A DNA stretch of 61,970 nt, filler included, from Basidiobolus ranarum (lineage: Eukaryota), in the NCBI GenBank assembly GCA_040143965.1. It is 2 parts of 2 records of this genome, joined end to end, with 100 filler letters (N's around TTAATTAATTAA, not from the genome) between each part and the next. Parts side by side here need not be neighbours in the genome. Positions count along the whole stretch, not along the records: positions 1 to 30,950 come from JASJQH010000094.1; 1 more part is not named here. One strand, 5' to 3'. Positions 1 through 11,822 of the stretch are shown piece by piece. The translations under genes were made by a program, and so were the position numbers. A model generated the notes under the pieces. It saw nothing but the letters and a program-made list of their open reading frames with translations. It was not told the origin of the DNA and did not search any database. Every line of letters starts with the position of its first letter. Position 1 is the first letter of the stretch.

Positions 1-5
1 AGTAT

Positions 6-106
6 TGACACAATATCTTAAAAGATTGATGTCTTGATTGTCACTTTGTTTAGATTAGTATATAAGCTAAATAAAGTCTACACCATCTGGTGCTTTTCAT
101 CCCCCC
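6..106 (+). repeat. ~100 bp direct repeat, copy 1 (LTR-end/PBS-like)
   Basis: TGACACAATATCTTAAAAGATTGATG...AATAAAGTCTACACCATCTGGTGCTTTTCATCCC recurs with a few substitutions at 715-813. Confidence 0.85.
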
Positions 107-146
107 TAAATCTTATCATAGTTGCTAAAGACTTCTAAAGCAGTTT

Positions 147-704
147 ATGATACCAGTTCTGGAATATGGAGTTCATCTGCTCCTACTCAACCGGAGAGAC
201 TATTCCAAGCTTGATAGATTCATCAGCTACTGCCTCAGGCTGCTGATGCCTAACTTGCCTGAGACTCCCTATCATCATGCTCTAAATGGAACATTTGGAT
301 TCTTCCAATATCATATCAGAATAGTGCTACTGAGGGCTAGATTTTTACTCCAACTAAATGACTGCAGAAATCCACAAGTCAAGAAGTGGCTAGCCATACC
401 ATCTTCAAACCCACTGTCATGCTGGAAATTGATACAAGATTACCCTCTTGTTTCAGAACTAGCTTTACAAATACATGAAACAAAACAGCCCAAAATTGTT
501 GCTATAGGTTTCCAGCTTGACCTTTGGAAGCAATACCTTGCCTCTAAGACACCTTTCTTGATTGCCATTATTCCTGGTTTTTGTCATTTTATCTATGTGG
601 TTTGTATTGAATATCTTCCTTTCTGCTTACCACCTGTGCCCCTTAGCACTATATTTACATTCTCAGAACTGGATCACATTGGTCATCAAGTTAAGAATGG
701 ATAA
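147..704 (+). mobile_element. Degenerate transposon-derived ORF between the direct repeats
   Basis: VKKWLAIPSSNPLSCWKLIQDYPLVSELALQI resembles the hAT C-terminal dimerisation motif (PLxWWK...YPxLSxLA); region almost CpG-free. Confidence 0.35.
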
Positions 705-714
705 GATCCAGTTT

Positions 715-813
715 TGTCACAATATCTTAAAAGATTGATGTCTGGATTTTCACTTTGCTTAGATTAGTATATAATCTAAATAAAGTCCACACCACCTGGT
801 GCTTTTCATCCCC
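715..813 (+). repeat. ~100 bp direct repeat, copy 2
   Basis: Near-identical to 6-106; TG start, AATAAA, CA, then TGGTGCTTTTCATCCC. Confidence 0.85.
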
Positions 814-1687
814 TAGGTAGCAATTATAGAGTTAGGCACCTAAACACTGATACATCTAGCTTAGCATAGTAAATATGATATTTTCAAAAAATTGTGCAAG
901 TTAAAATCATCAAATAAATTTTGAGTATAATTGACCAGTGGCAGAAGTGTTGAGAAAAGTTAGAAATTCTCAATGCATGAGTTGCTCCTTTAATCTCTAC
1001 CTTCACTGCCTGAAACCCCTAAGGAAACACATCCCTTTTGCAATTTGTTGTCACTTCCAATAAAAGTATAAATGGTTGCTTGCAATTCAACAAAAAGTGC
1101 AAGTCACATATTTCCTCTAATTATCCTTGCCACACAAAATATATGCATCAATTTAGACTTATGAAATAATATCTAAATACACATCAACTATGCTAAAAAG
1201 ATATATGAATTCATCCTCCTCACTGACCCACAATAGAACAATAGCTCTTCAACTGACAATTGATATTAATACTGATAAAGAATAAGCTTGTGTCTATCGA
1301 TTTTCCGCATCCTATATCATCATGTTTCATACAAATTAAGACATACATATTACCTATCAATTAGTTGCTTTGAAATTGATACTATTAAAGTTATGCTGAT
1401 TGAATATAACAATTGGAGGTTGTTTATTCGTTTGACTGCAATCATGATGTGAACATGAATGTCATCGTGATACCTGTTTGATATGTTCTCCAACGCAGTG
1501 ATATTAAATGGGATATAGCGTCCATTAGTTATATCGTTAATTATTGTTATTTATTTAGTGGTCAATACAATTCTATGTAAAATTGACAGGTTTACCATGA
1601 GTGACAATGTGAGTGTGTACAAGAGGGGGTTTGAAAAGTTAGCTGTAGGAAATTTACACGAGAAGTTATTCGTTGGTATCTTGGGAT

Positions 1688-2377
1688 TTAGCAAATTGGA
1701 GTTTTTGGTGGCCTAATGCCATTAAGTATTGGCCTTCTTGCTTTAATTTTTCGCTGCGAAACATATGGCCAAGTTGATTCTTGAAGATAAACAAAAGTGT
1801 AAGCAAAAATAGGAATCTTTGAATAGAAATATCCCTTAAATACCTTGATAGAGCCTCTCCACTTATCTCTTAAACCTTGAAGTTTGGTTGGTACTTCATT
1901 TTCTTCTGCAAGTACTTTAGCAGTAAAGTAGTCACTTTGGCTGTTATTGCCAAGAGCCGTTCCTGGTGTAGCAGTGTAAGGTGTATAAGCTGGCATATCT
2001 TCGATATTAATTTGTCGAATTTCTTTGTAGAAGGCGGGTGTATTTGGAACTGGTGATACATCCCAATAGAATAAAGGATTGTTGTCGTCAATACTTTCAA
2101 CTTGTTCTTCGGTTATAGAGGCTAGAGGAATATGAAAGGCTTCTTTATCAAGTATGGTCAACTTTTCGGTATCCGGTACGATTACATCTGGCTCGGAACT
2201 TAAGCTGACAACAGAATCCGCTTTGTCACTTAAATTTGATAAAGTTTCATCCATCAAGTCCGGGATGGAAGTATTTGGGCCAGAACTAAATTGTACTTTG
2301 TGGGTAAAATAGTCTGTGAGGGACTCAGAATTTTTCACACTTGAGTCATGTTGCAAGTTGGTAGCGACAGTATTCAT
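1688..2377 (-). CDS. Hypothetical protein, 229 aa, acidic N-terminus and basic C-terminus
   Basis: ATG-initiated 690 bp single ORF with protein-like composition; no recognised motif. Confidence 0.55.
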   Translation of the reverse strand: MNTVATNLQHDSSVKNSESLTDYFTHKVQFSSGPNTSIPDLMDETLSNLSDKADSVVSLSSEPDVIVPDTEKLTILDKEAFHIPLASITEEQVESIDDNNPLFYWDVSPVPNTPAFYKEIRQINIEDMPAYTPYTATPGTALGNNSQSDYFTAKVLAEENEVPTKLQGLRDKWRGSIKVFKGYFYSKIPIFAYTFVYLQESTWPYVSQRKIKARRPILNGIRPPKTPIC

Positions 2378-4044
2378 AGAGGTAAAAGGAATTTATTTGG
2401 TAAAGTTCGATTCAGTAAACAGTAAATGAGATAAGGAAGGTAAAATACAGCTGTACAATGCTTGCTTGTGCTTTATATCTGTGTCGAGTTCTAGTCACAA
2501 ATATATAAGATTCAGATGACATGAATCAAAACGAATCAAACAAACTCAATTTACCGAGACTTCAATGTACATGATTGGTTCTCAATGAATCTTTACACTC
2601 TTTTAGCTCCCCAATCAAAATTTAGGTCCCACTAATAGTATGCTAGTATTACATCATATAGGTCCAGGAGTGAATAGGAAAGATTATCTGTTCCACAACT
2701 TCTCTACCTAATTTAGCTTAGCGCATCATAGTTGTCACTTTCTATACGTCATGATTGAATCAGAGATAATACAGTTTACACTATTCTTAGGCAGCTCTGG
2801 ATATGTCGAATGAGTGTATGCTAGGGCCTACAGTATTATTATCGTTCTGGGGGCTGACATATTTGTGACCATTAAGACTTGTAACACTTAGGAATATAAT
2901 GACTCTAGACTTAGTTCGCCATGCTCCTATAGCTCGCCTTCCTTTATTAGGTATATTTTGTAGATTCGTAGCTACCAATTTAAGAGGAAGTCGCAGTAGC
3001 TTGGTTGTGAAACATATTTCTTTGATTTGAAAATTGGCATATTTAGTAACTTTATGAGACTTGAATCAGCATACTCGGATGGACACTGGCGAGATAACTA
3101 TGAAGAGATGTTTACTTTCCAGCTACAAGTTAATAACATAAGATTCCGAGCAAATGGCACGTGAAATAGTGTTTATTTTCGTTGTTCATTTATTTATCTC
3201 CAATATGAAATTGGCACGATATATGCTAACTGGTATATACAAAAAGTGATGTATAGCTGGAGGATACCTTTGAATCGTATAATGACCTGCTTTGATATTG
3301 CTGCTTGGTTACATCACTAGATCATTTGGATCAGGCTTCATCAAATGTAGGACATCCACGAAAATGATTCATTGGTACATTCATATTTAAGTAGGTATCA
3401 GTAACCTCGACACTTCTCACTTGGCCATCTGATTCGTAGAGTATCAGATCTATGATCGGATAAAAGTTCCATATATGCACCTTAACAGATGTAACTTTTT
3501 AATAAGATTAAAAGTAGAGTGTGTAAGTGTGGAAATCAGTAGTAATTACAACTCAGGACCAATTAAACAACACAACCCCAGTCTTGGTGAAAACAATGAC
3601 AACAGAGCATCATTGATTGCAAATCAAGTGATCCCGGATTTAAACTGTACACGCATTCTGATAACATATAACAGAGTTGGCTATTTTTATCACTGTATCT
3701 GTTACTGCTTTCTGTAGTTGACACATCAGCCTTATTCGTATTATTCTTCCGAAAACATCTCAAGTATTGAATTGTGGGTTTTTGATGACATCCGTGATAT
3801 CTGCATTTATCCTAATGGAGGGCTGGTTATTGCGTAGATTCTCTCCTCTGGGGTAATTCTGAAGATTGGTGATATGCGGGGAAAAATGTAACTGCATACT
3901 TAGTAAGGCAGAGATCAGTAGTTTATTTCAACTTCTTTGTTGGTGGGCTGTATGCAGGTGTGGGACAGAATAGCCAGTAAATATACCTCGTCATATTATT
4001 AAATGTAGACATTTCGTTGAAAAGTTAACAATAAGCCTTAGGGA

Positions 4045-5482
4045 CTAATTTGAAATCTCGAGATTCGCTTGACATTGGTTCTTGTCGGTAGGAAGTTTTG
4101 AAGCAAAAAACTTGATAAAACGATTGAGTGGACATGAGTTCATGTTACACCATTCGTTTTGTACTTTCAGTACCTTCCCATTGAAGAGAACGCGTACATG
4201 ATAGCTTCTGTCTTTTTTCTCCCAAAGTTCAAATAATATGTTGGAGGCCTAAAGAATGAATGTAAATTTAGCCTACTTTCAGTACAGATTTAATGCCAGT
4301 TAAACAATCTTACCAATGGTGGCCATCTCATATCTTTAGATCTCATGAGACCCAGGAGGCCCTGTACGGTGTCATCATGTCCTGAGAAAATTTCAAGTGG
4401 AGGGGAGGAGTGTCTGTTCTTGGAGGCCTTTACCATACGTTCTTGAATATCGCGGAAAAACCATCCCAAGATAACAGCATTTCCTTGATCAGCCAGCTTG
4501 GCATCGCGGTGAGTGTATGTATATTCTTGATCGATGAATCTGAATAATTGATCGGTCATTTTTTTGGTAACGCATTTTCCGTTTTTACATGGGAGAGGCT
4601 TGTTGTGGCAAAGACGGGTTCTCATTGAATCCATATAAGCAACCATTGTATTATCTGGCCAGTGTAAGCTTTCCGGAGCTAGAATTTCATCGAGTTGTTT
4701 TTTAAGAGGCTGGGCACTTTTATAGTAGTTTTGGTAGTATGGGGTCTTAATCATGGCTTCGGCTATTTGAACAAAACGTGGGCAGATACCTTTGTTGAAT
4801 TTGATAGTTTCAATTTCATTAGGTTCGAAGTAAATTGGGATTCCGGAGCCATGAATATGGCGATCCTTCACTGGATAAAGTCCAGTGACAACTGACTGAG
4901 CTGACTGTCTAGTACGGCCAACATCGCTACTACGAACGTAAATCATATTTGGATCTTTCAATTTCTTGGGGAGATATTTCATCTTTTCGACATATATTTG
5001 GCGAAGGGTGTTTCCTAACTCCATATGTTGTAATTTACCTTTAGAAGTTAGCTGTCCATTGAGGCAAGTGCCATTCCAGAAGTTCTGGGAAAGTGCATTT
5101 TTCTCTGGGATCATCACTTTGTATTCAAAGTCACCACTATCATACTTGGTGCGCTTATAATTGCCGGTTAACCTGGAGATTTCTTTCACTTCATCGCAGT
5201 CCCATGAGACATCATTTTCTATGACAAGAGGGTAAACTGGTGCTCGATCACCATGACGAACCACTAGTTGTACATGAGCAAGTCTAGCATTTGGCTATAA
5301 TAAACGTTAGTGATATATTACAGTCCAAAGGCAAGCACAACTATACTCACCATAGGTTTGTATCCAGCCTTCGAAGGCTTTGGAGCTTGGCAATAATCAT
5401 AACCATCACTGTAAAGGCCAGGGGCTCCGCTAACTGCGTGTAAAGAGGCTACGACAGAGATTAAGATTAAGGCGGCTTTCAT
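4045..5482 (-). CDS. Secreted histidine acid phosphatase, paralog 1 (exons 5482-5351, 5294-4314, 4248-4045)
   Basis: Signal peptide MKAALILISVVASLHAVSG; RHGDRAP and GHDDT catalytic motifs; GT-AG introns keep frame. Confidence 0.92.
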
Positions 5483-6934
5483 TTCAGGCAGTTGTAGCGG
5501 CTCAAATTCCAAGGAATAGTTATCATAACACCTCCCGTTGCTCACTTTTATATAGGTAAAAATTTGACATTTTTGTTATAGATTGGATTGGTTCAAAAGC
5601 TCTCTTCATGTTACTCTAGTCATAGGAGCTCACTATGGTAGTACTTCTCGTGCTGAAACAAAATTCCCAGACTACGGTGAGAATCGATTCTACTGGTACT
5701 CGGTTGTATATGCCACCGATCAGATGCCTGTGAGTGAATCCAGGTTGGTGTTATAGACCAATTTTCCTTTTTGAATAAAATATTTTTCTCTTACGCACTC
5801 AGGTTAATTCTAGCTAGCTCAAGATTGGAGGAGAGCTTTGTCTACCAAGTAGCCAGAACACGATTAATTGATTACAGTTTAAGTAAGCTACAAATTCACA
5901 TGACGAGATTGTTCGAAGTTCCACCGAAACTTATGTTACCATCAAACCTTTGAACAGAGCTCTCTTTACAGCCAATCGTCAACTCAATATGCATCATATT
6001 TAACTTTTTACTTCCTCTCTGGAGATCAACCAACGCCCACCTTCTGTGAGTTACACAATACTGAGCGACCTCTTCGCTTATTTACCAAGTAAGGAATCTT
6101 TTTGAATCAATGATCTAATTTGAGAAAGTCGTTAGTAGTAGTTATTGACTTTTACTGTCAGCTATGCCAAATACAATTTCATCAACCGAAAACTGCAATT
6201 TTTGTTGAGGTACAAAGCCTTCTTCGTCATGGCTCACACGCCTCTTGACAATGAGTAGAGGTTGTATATTTAAGTTGGATACAAATGCTAGCATATTCTA
6301 TCTGTTTAGTAGATATGAAGAAAGACTCGAACATTCATTGTGTTAGATTTCGTTCACGATAAAGTATTAATTCCTAATGCATACTGCGTCTATATTTGCT
6401 TTACGTAATATATTTTACTTGCGTTACTCCAACAGAGAGATGTCGGTGGGGTTGGAAGTCACTTGCCAGGTATTTCTCAGGTGTAACAATTTCCACGCAT
6501 ATATAAAGTGAACCGGTTTGATTTCAAAGAGGATATAGTATCTTCTACAGTTACCTGGAGGATGGTAGAGATCCCTTGAACTCATTAAACATGGGGCTTG
6601 TTCATGGGAGAAACTTTCCAGCGCCAAGTTACATATCACAGCTTTCATCAGAAGGAATAATGGATCAGTAATCCCTAGAAACTGGTTTACCACAAACAAC
6701 TAGTTTGAGACCACGAATTGGATGAAATGTGATTGTATATTGATATTTAATGTGAATTTTTATATGAAATAGCAAATAGAGATTTTGTAAACTGCATTGA
6801 ATTGTATGTTGACTCTCTCAAGATAGAAACACAACCAAAGGGTAAGCAAAGTGCACAGCCATATACTCGATAAATACGGGATTTGGGAAATATCCTAACG
6901 CTTAAGATCGTAATAATTGTTAGTTTGGCGATTT

Positions 6935-8371
6935 CTACATTACTGTAAACTTCCCCAAACTCATAGGTTTCTCACTACAGTCATTAGGAGACGCAGGAAG
7001 TTTCGGCTCTATATAACCAAGGAACTTATCAAATGGACAGGCATTTAGCTTACACCATGCATGCTTCACTTCTAAAACTTCCCCGTTGTAAAGAACCCGA
7101 ACGTAGTAGTTTTTATGAGATTTCCAAAGCTCAAAAATAATATTAGAAGCCTAATAGAAATCAACAAAGTCAGACGCATCAAAAGTGGCTTTGCACATAT
7201 CAAAGTTTACTTACAAATGGTGGCCACCTCATATCCTTGGCCTTTAAAAGCCCCAAAAGGCCGAAGATTGTGTCATCATGTCCAGAGAAAATTTCAAACT
7301 TGGTTTGGACTTGCTTTCGCCGGTTTGATATCATTCCTGAAAGAATGTCTCTCATCAACCAACCAAGAACTGCAGCATTGGCTTCATCTGCGAGCTCTGC
7401 ATCGCGGTGAGTGTATGCATATTCTTTGTCTACTAAGCGATACAGATCGTCGGCCATCTCTTGAGTGATACACTTACTGCCTCTGCAGGGAAGTGGCTTC
7501 TCATGGCATTGGCGACATCTCATCGAATCCATGTATGAAACCATGGTCTTATCTGGCCAATTTAGAGATTGAGGTGTGAGGATTTGATCCAACTTCGCTT
7601 TTAGCAGCTGTGCTTCTTCGTAGTAAGCATGGTAGTAACTAGTATTAATCATAGCATCCGACAGCTGAGTATACCGTGGACATATCCACTTATTGAATTT
7701 CATAGTCTCTATTTCGCTTGGTTCATAATGAATAGTAAGTGGATCTTCGATATTGCGTTTAGATTTTGGGTATAGCCCTGTGAGTATTGATTGGGCAGAT
7801 TGTTTGGTGCGTATGATATCACTGCTTCTGATGAACAACATATTATTGTCGGCCAATTTGTTCGGAAGAAATCTGAGTTTGTTGATATAAATCTCTCGTA
7901 ACGCGCGACCCAAATCTTTATGCTGTAACTTTCCTTTCGTAGTAAGTTGGCCATTGAGACAAGTACCTTTCCAGAAAGCTTGGGACAGGGAGTTTTGTTT
8001 GGGGATGATCACTTGATACTTGAATTTACCGCTGTCATACTGAACTTTAGAGCCTTTCAATCTCGAGAACTCTTGAACTTCATCACAATCCCAAGTTACG
8101 TCATGTTCATTTAGTAGTGGCCATACGGGTGCCCTGTCTCCATGACGAACAACAAGTTGAACATGAACTAATTTAGCATGTGGCTAATATGATGTTTACT
8201 TAGTAGTGGTTTGTAGTATGAGAGTCTCATTAAACATACCAAAGGTTTGTATTTGGATTTACTTGGTCTTCGCGCTTGACAATAATCATAGTCGTCGTCA
8301 TATAAGCCAGATGAAGCAAGAAGTGCGTTCAAAGAAATCAAGAAGGGGATTGCCTTCAGTACAAAGTACAT
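6935..8371 (-). CDS. Secreted histidine acid phosphatase, paralog 2 (exons 8371-8240, 8183-7215, 7150-6935)
   Basis: Signal peptide; RHGDRAP and GHDDT; same intron positions as paralog 1. Confidence 0.92.
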
Positions 8372-10457
8372 AATGTGCAGAGATAATAAATTGTGGTGAA
8401 GTAGTAAATGTATTTATACGATGACGATCATAAACAGTCATGTCTGAGACCTGTTTATCATGGAATGCATTTAACTCATCTAATACTCAATTCTCTTTAT
8501 TTTAATCGAACAAACAGATATTTGTTTACTAGGTTTAAAGTAGTCACTGTGATTCTTTTTGGATAATATAGGTACGTAATTTTACCTGAAATTTCAGGAG
8601 TAGAAGGGAAGATGATTTTCACATTTGCTCATTACCATATCCACAGATACTTTAGGTGTGCACTTTGAGGGGAGAAACAAATCGTGCTAAATATATCCAT
8701 ATCAAACCAGCTAATCACTAACTGAGTCTTACTGACTATTCAGTATGAAACACTCATATAGTTACAATGCTGAATGTTAGAATTCGTGGAGCCTGAAGTG
8801 GACAGTACAGGGTTTTACACTAAAATTAGACGAAGTGAACAGTAATGAGATAACTAGTACTTGATAGAAGTGGACAAGGAGAAACAACACCGGTATTACT
8901 ACCAAAGATGTCTCGGTATATTATGAGATATCTTTATGAACTCACCCATTTCCTGAATATGGATGCAATGAGAAGCATCAAAGAACATATTCTGTTTAAT
9001 ATCTGAAAACGTCACCTCACATAGTTGCTGGGTGGCTAGCTAATTGGTACGATCAAGTGATCCAGATATGCGACTCCAAAGTAAATCCAAATATGCTGCG
9101 TCACTATTTTCTGGATAGTTGTCATATTATTACTCTTCTGTAAAAACATTTTGGCCATTGTTATCTTGTCTAAACTAATATTTTTTTGTCTCAATTTTAT
9201 TTTCATTTCACTTCAAAAAGGCCAAGTAAAGCCTCTAAAAATCAATTTTGATTCATCTAAAAAAAGTACTGACATCGTCTAATTTTAGAGTAAAATCCTC
9301 TATGTGATTGTTAGCCTCTTGGTGAGGGTATCTCTGTGGAAGTATCATATAAAACATTGCTCAATGAGATAACATATGTTGCTTAGTCAATGCTGAAGAT
9401 ACAAAATCTCCACTCAAATATCCACATTTTCTAATCCAACTTGCCATGCCTAGATGTGTAAAAACGTATTACGAAATATGGAAGCCTATCTTTGGTGGTA
9501 GCGTGCATAACTTTATATACGCAGACTTCTCTATTATATACTATTCCAAATTAGCTACATTATTTCCATCGAAAGGGGATATGCTCATTGTCCGCACAGT
9601 CAATTGCCTTTTTGTTAATGCACTGCAACGCATCCACTACTCTTGAATTTAGGATAAGCTCATTTTCTTGATGAAGACCAGGAAACCTACTATAATTAAT
9701 GTTACATCTTGCATGTTGCAATATTGATTTAGTTCAAATGATGCTTATACATTCAGTTACTACCAAGTCAATCCCCCATTCAATATCTGTGTGAATGTAT
9801 TGAATACTCCATTGATTCTTTGTTTACAAGAGTTCAAACATTATGCGCAATGATTCAGGTATTAGGTTACCATTAGCTACTTGGATAACGTATTTATTTG
9901 TCACTTTCACATTTGACGGAGGCCAATGAGGGTGGCTAGAGATAGAGAATTTCTCCTCAGCCTCCCCCTGAGTTCCAGTAGGTATGCTCCATGACTGAAT
10001 TAGTGATGCCGATCAATATGAGAATAATATCTCGATTCATTGCCTACACATGTTCTAGTTCTCATAAACCATGTCAAACCTGGATTCAAACCAATTGGAA
10101 TCTGGTGATAGCTTGTGCTTACACTACTCTACTCTGTTTGATAATGCTCATGTGCCATTTTACTGTCATGGGAGTGAAAGATAAGTCATATCACACATTT
10201 ATGAATTTGTCTTACAATAGAGTTTTGTTATAATGCGTCATTTTATTGCTATTCCGAATTGAGGGATCGGCCAATATGGGTGTAGCATGATCTTGTATTC
10301 AATGGCTTAGTGGGAAATATATGCATGAACAGTTATCGTTAGAAGTGAAAGATGATAAGGTGAAAACTTCCCATTCGATAGAATAGGTTGGAGTGTTATG
10401 TGGTTGTTGTGCTACAAGGCTCCAAAAATCACCAGATATTTGATTGAAGACAATCGA

Positions 10458-11822
10458 TTAGCAGCTGGAGATTCGGTTGGTCGGTGGATTGGGAATCCAA
10501 CCTTCTTCAACTCCCTGAATGTAATTCCATTGAGGGGAATTTTCTGCTTTAAAATTCCAGAAAATCCACCCAAAACTACCTTCATAAGCATCCATTTGTT
10601 TCTCAGCAAATTCACGTAAGAATGCGCGATAGGTACCGTTAAAAGCGTTGACGTTACCTTCGTCTTTGCACGTGCACCCCGGACAAACTGGACTGGTAGT
10701 TATGTGAGTGCCGTCGTATCTAGCACCCTTTTGGAAACCGTTGAGCCAAAGAGTACAATCAGTAGTAGCTAAACTCCATTCACCAATGATGGTACGTACT
10801 GGACTACTGGCTATTCTGCCCTTTTCTCCGCATGCCATATCCAGATGTTGTTGCGGGGAGAATTTTAGGAGATTCTCATCAAATACTTGATATATGTGGG
10901 TATCTAGTATAGTATTTTTCATAGAGTTTAAAAACTCGCCTAATTCATTGTAGAATGAGAATCCATCATGGCCAACTGTTACTGGCTTATAGTCGAGATT
11001 GGCGGCTTTGTGAATAGCGGCGTAGGATTGACTGTAGAAATCTTTTAGCAAATCCAAAGTTACTTCAGTTCCTGGAATTCCAAATGGTTCGTTTAAAAAT
11101 TGAATAGAAACATCTCCGTTCGCTACTTCTGGTTGAAATTCTGCAGTCACATTTGCTAATACATTTACAGTGCGTCGAATATTCTCAGGATCCTTCGGCC
11201 AGTTAATATTTCCAGCTCGTCCGCTATTGTCGAACCCGTTCTAAAATAAAACCTCCAATATCATTATCAATTGTTTATAAGAGATATCCGTCATAAGCAA
11301 TTACCTGAGATCCTGGAGCACCATGTAAATCCAATAACACATGTAAGTTATGCTCAATTGCCCAACTCACAGCTCGTCGTAGATAGGGGTATTGTCCTTG
11401 CACATAAGGTTCATCGTCATTAACGTCAACCATCCAGTAGCCATAAGGTATCCTTATGGTATTCAGCCCGTAGTTGGATAATTTTCCAATGTCCTCTTCA
11501 GTCACCCAGGATTCCCAATGCTCTTTCAGCTGTCTATATGCTTCCTGCTTTTGAAGGTTGGCGCAAAATGTATACTCATCAACGGCGGCATTTGGCATGC
11601 CTCGAAACTGTTCAAATATACTTGGAGTGATCCCTAAATTTTAAAATACATCCAAAGAATAAGTACAACGGATTGATTAAGATATCAGATTGTTAGAAGT
11701 TTACATGGTTCAAGAAGTAACCATCCGCCTAGGTTGGCTCCCCGGATTTTGTCAGGTAGCGGTGCAGCATTGACGGTACTAGAGACTAGAGCGGTAATTA
11801 GAGCGAAGGGAGTGAGCTTCAT
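10458..11822 (-). CDS. Secreted GH5 glucan 1,3-beta-glucosidase (EXG1-like; exons 11822-11705, 11633-11305, 11240-10458)
   Basis: Signal peptide; RGANLGGWLLLEPWITP, IRIPYGYW, DLHGAPGSQNGFDNSG, catalytic NEP and GEWS, GWIFWNFK. Confidence 0.93.
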
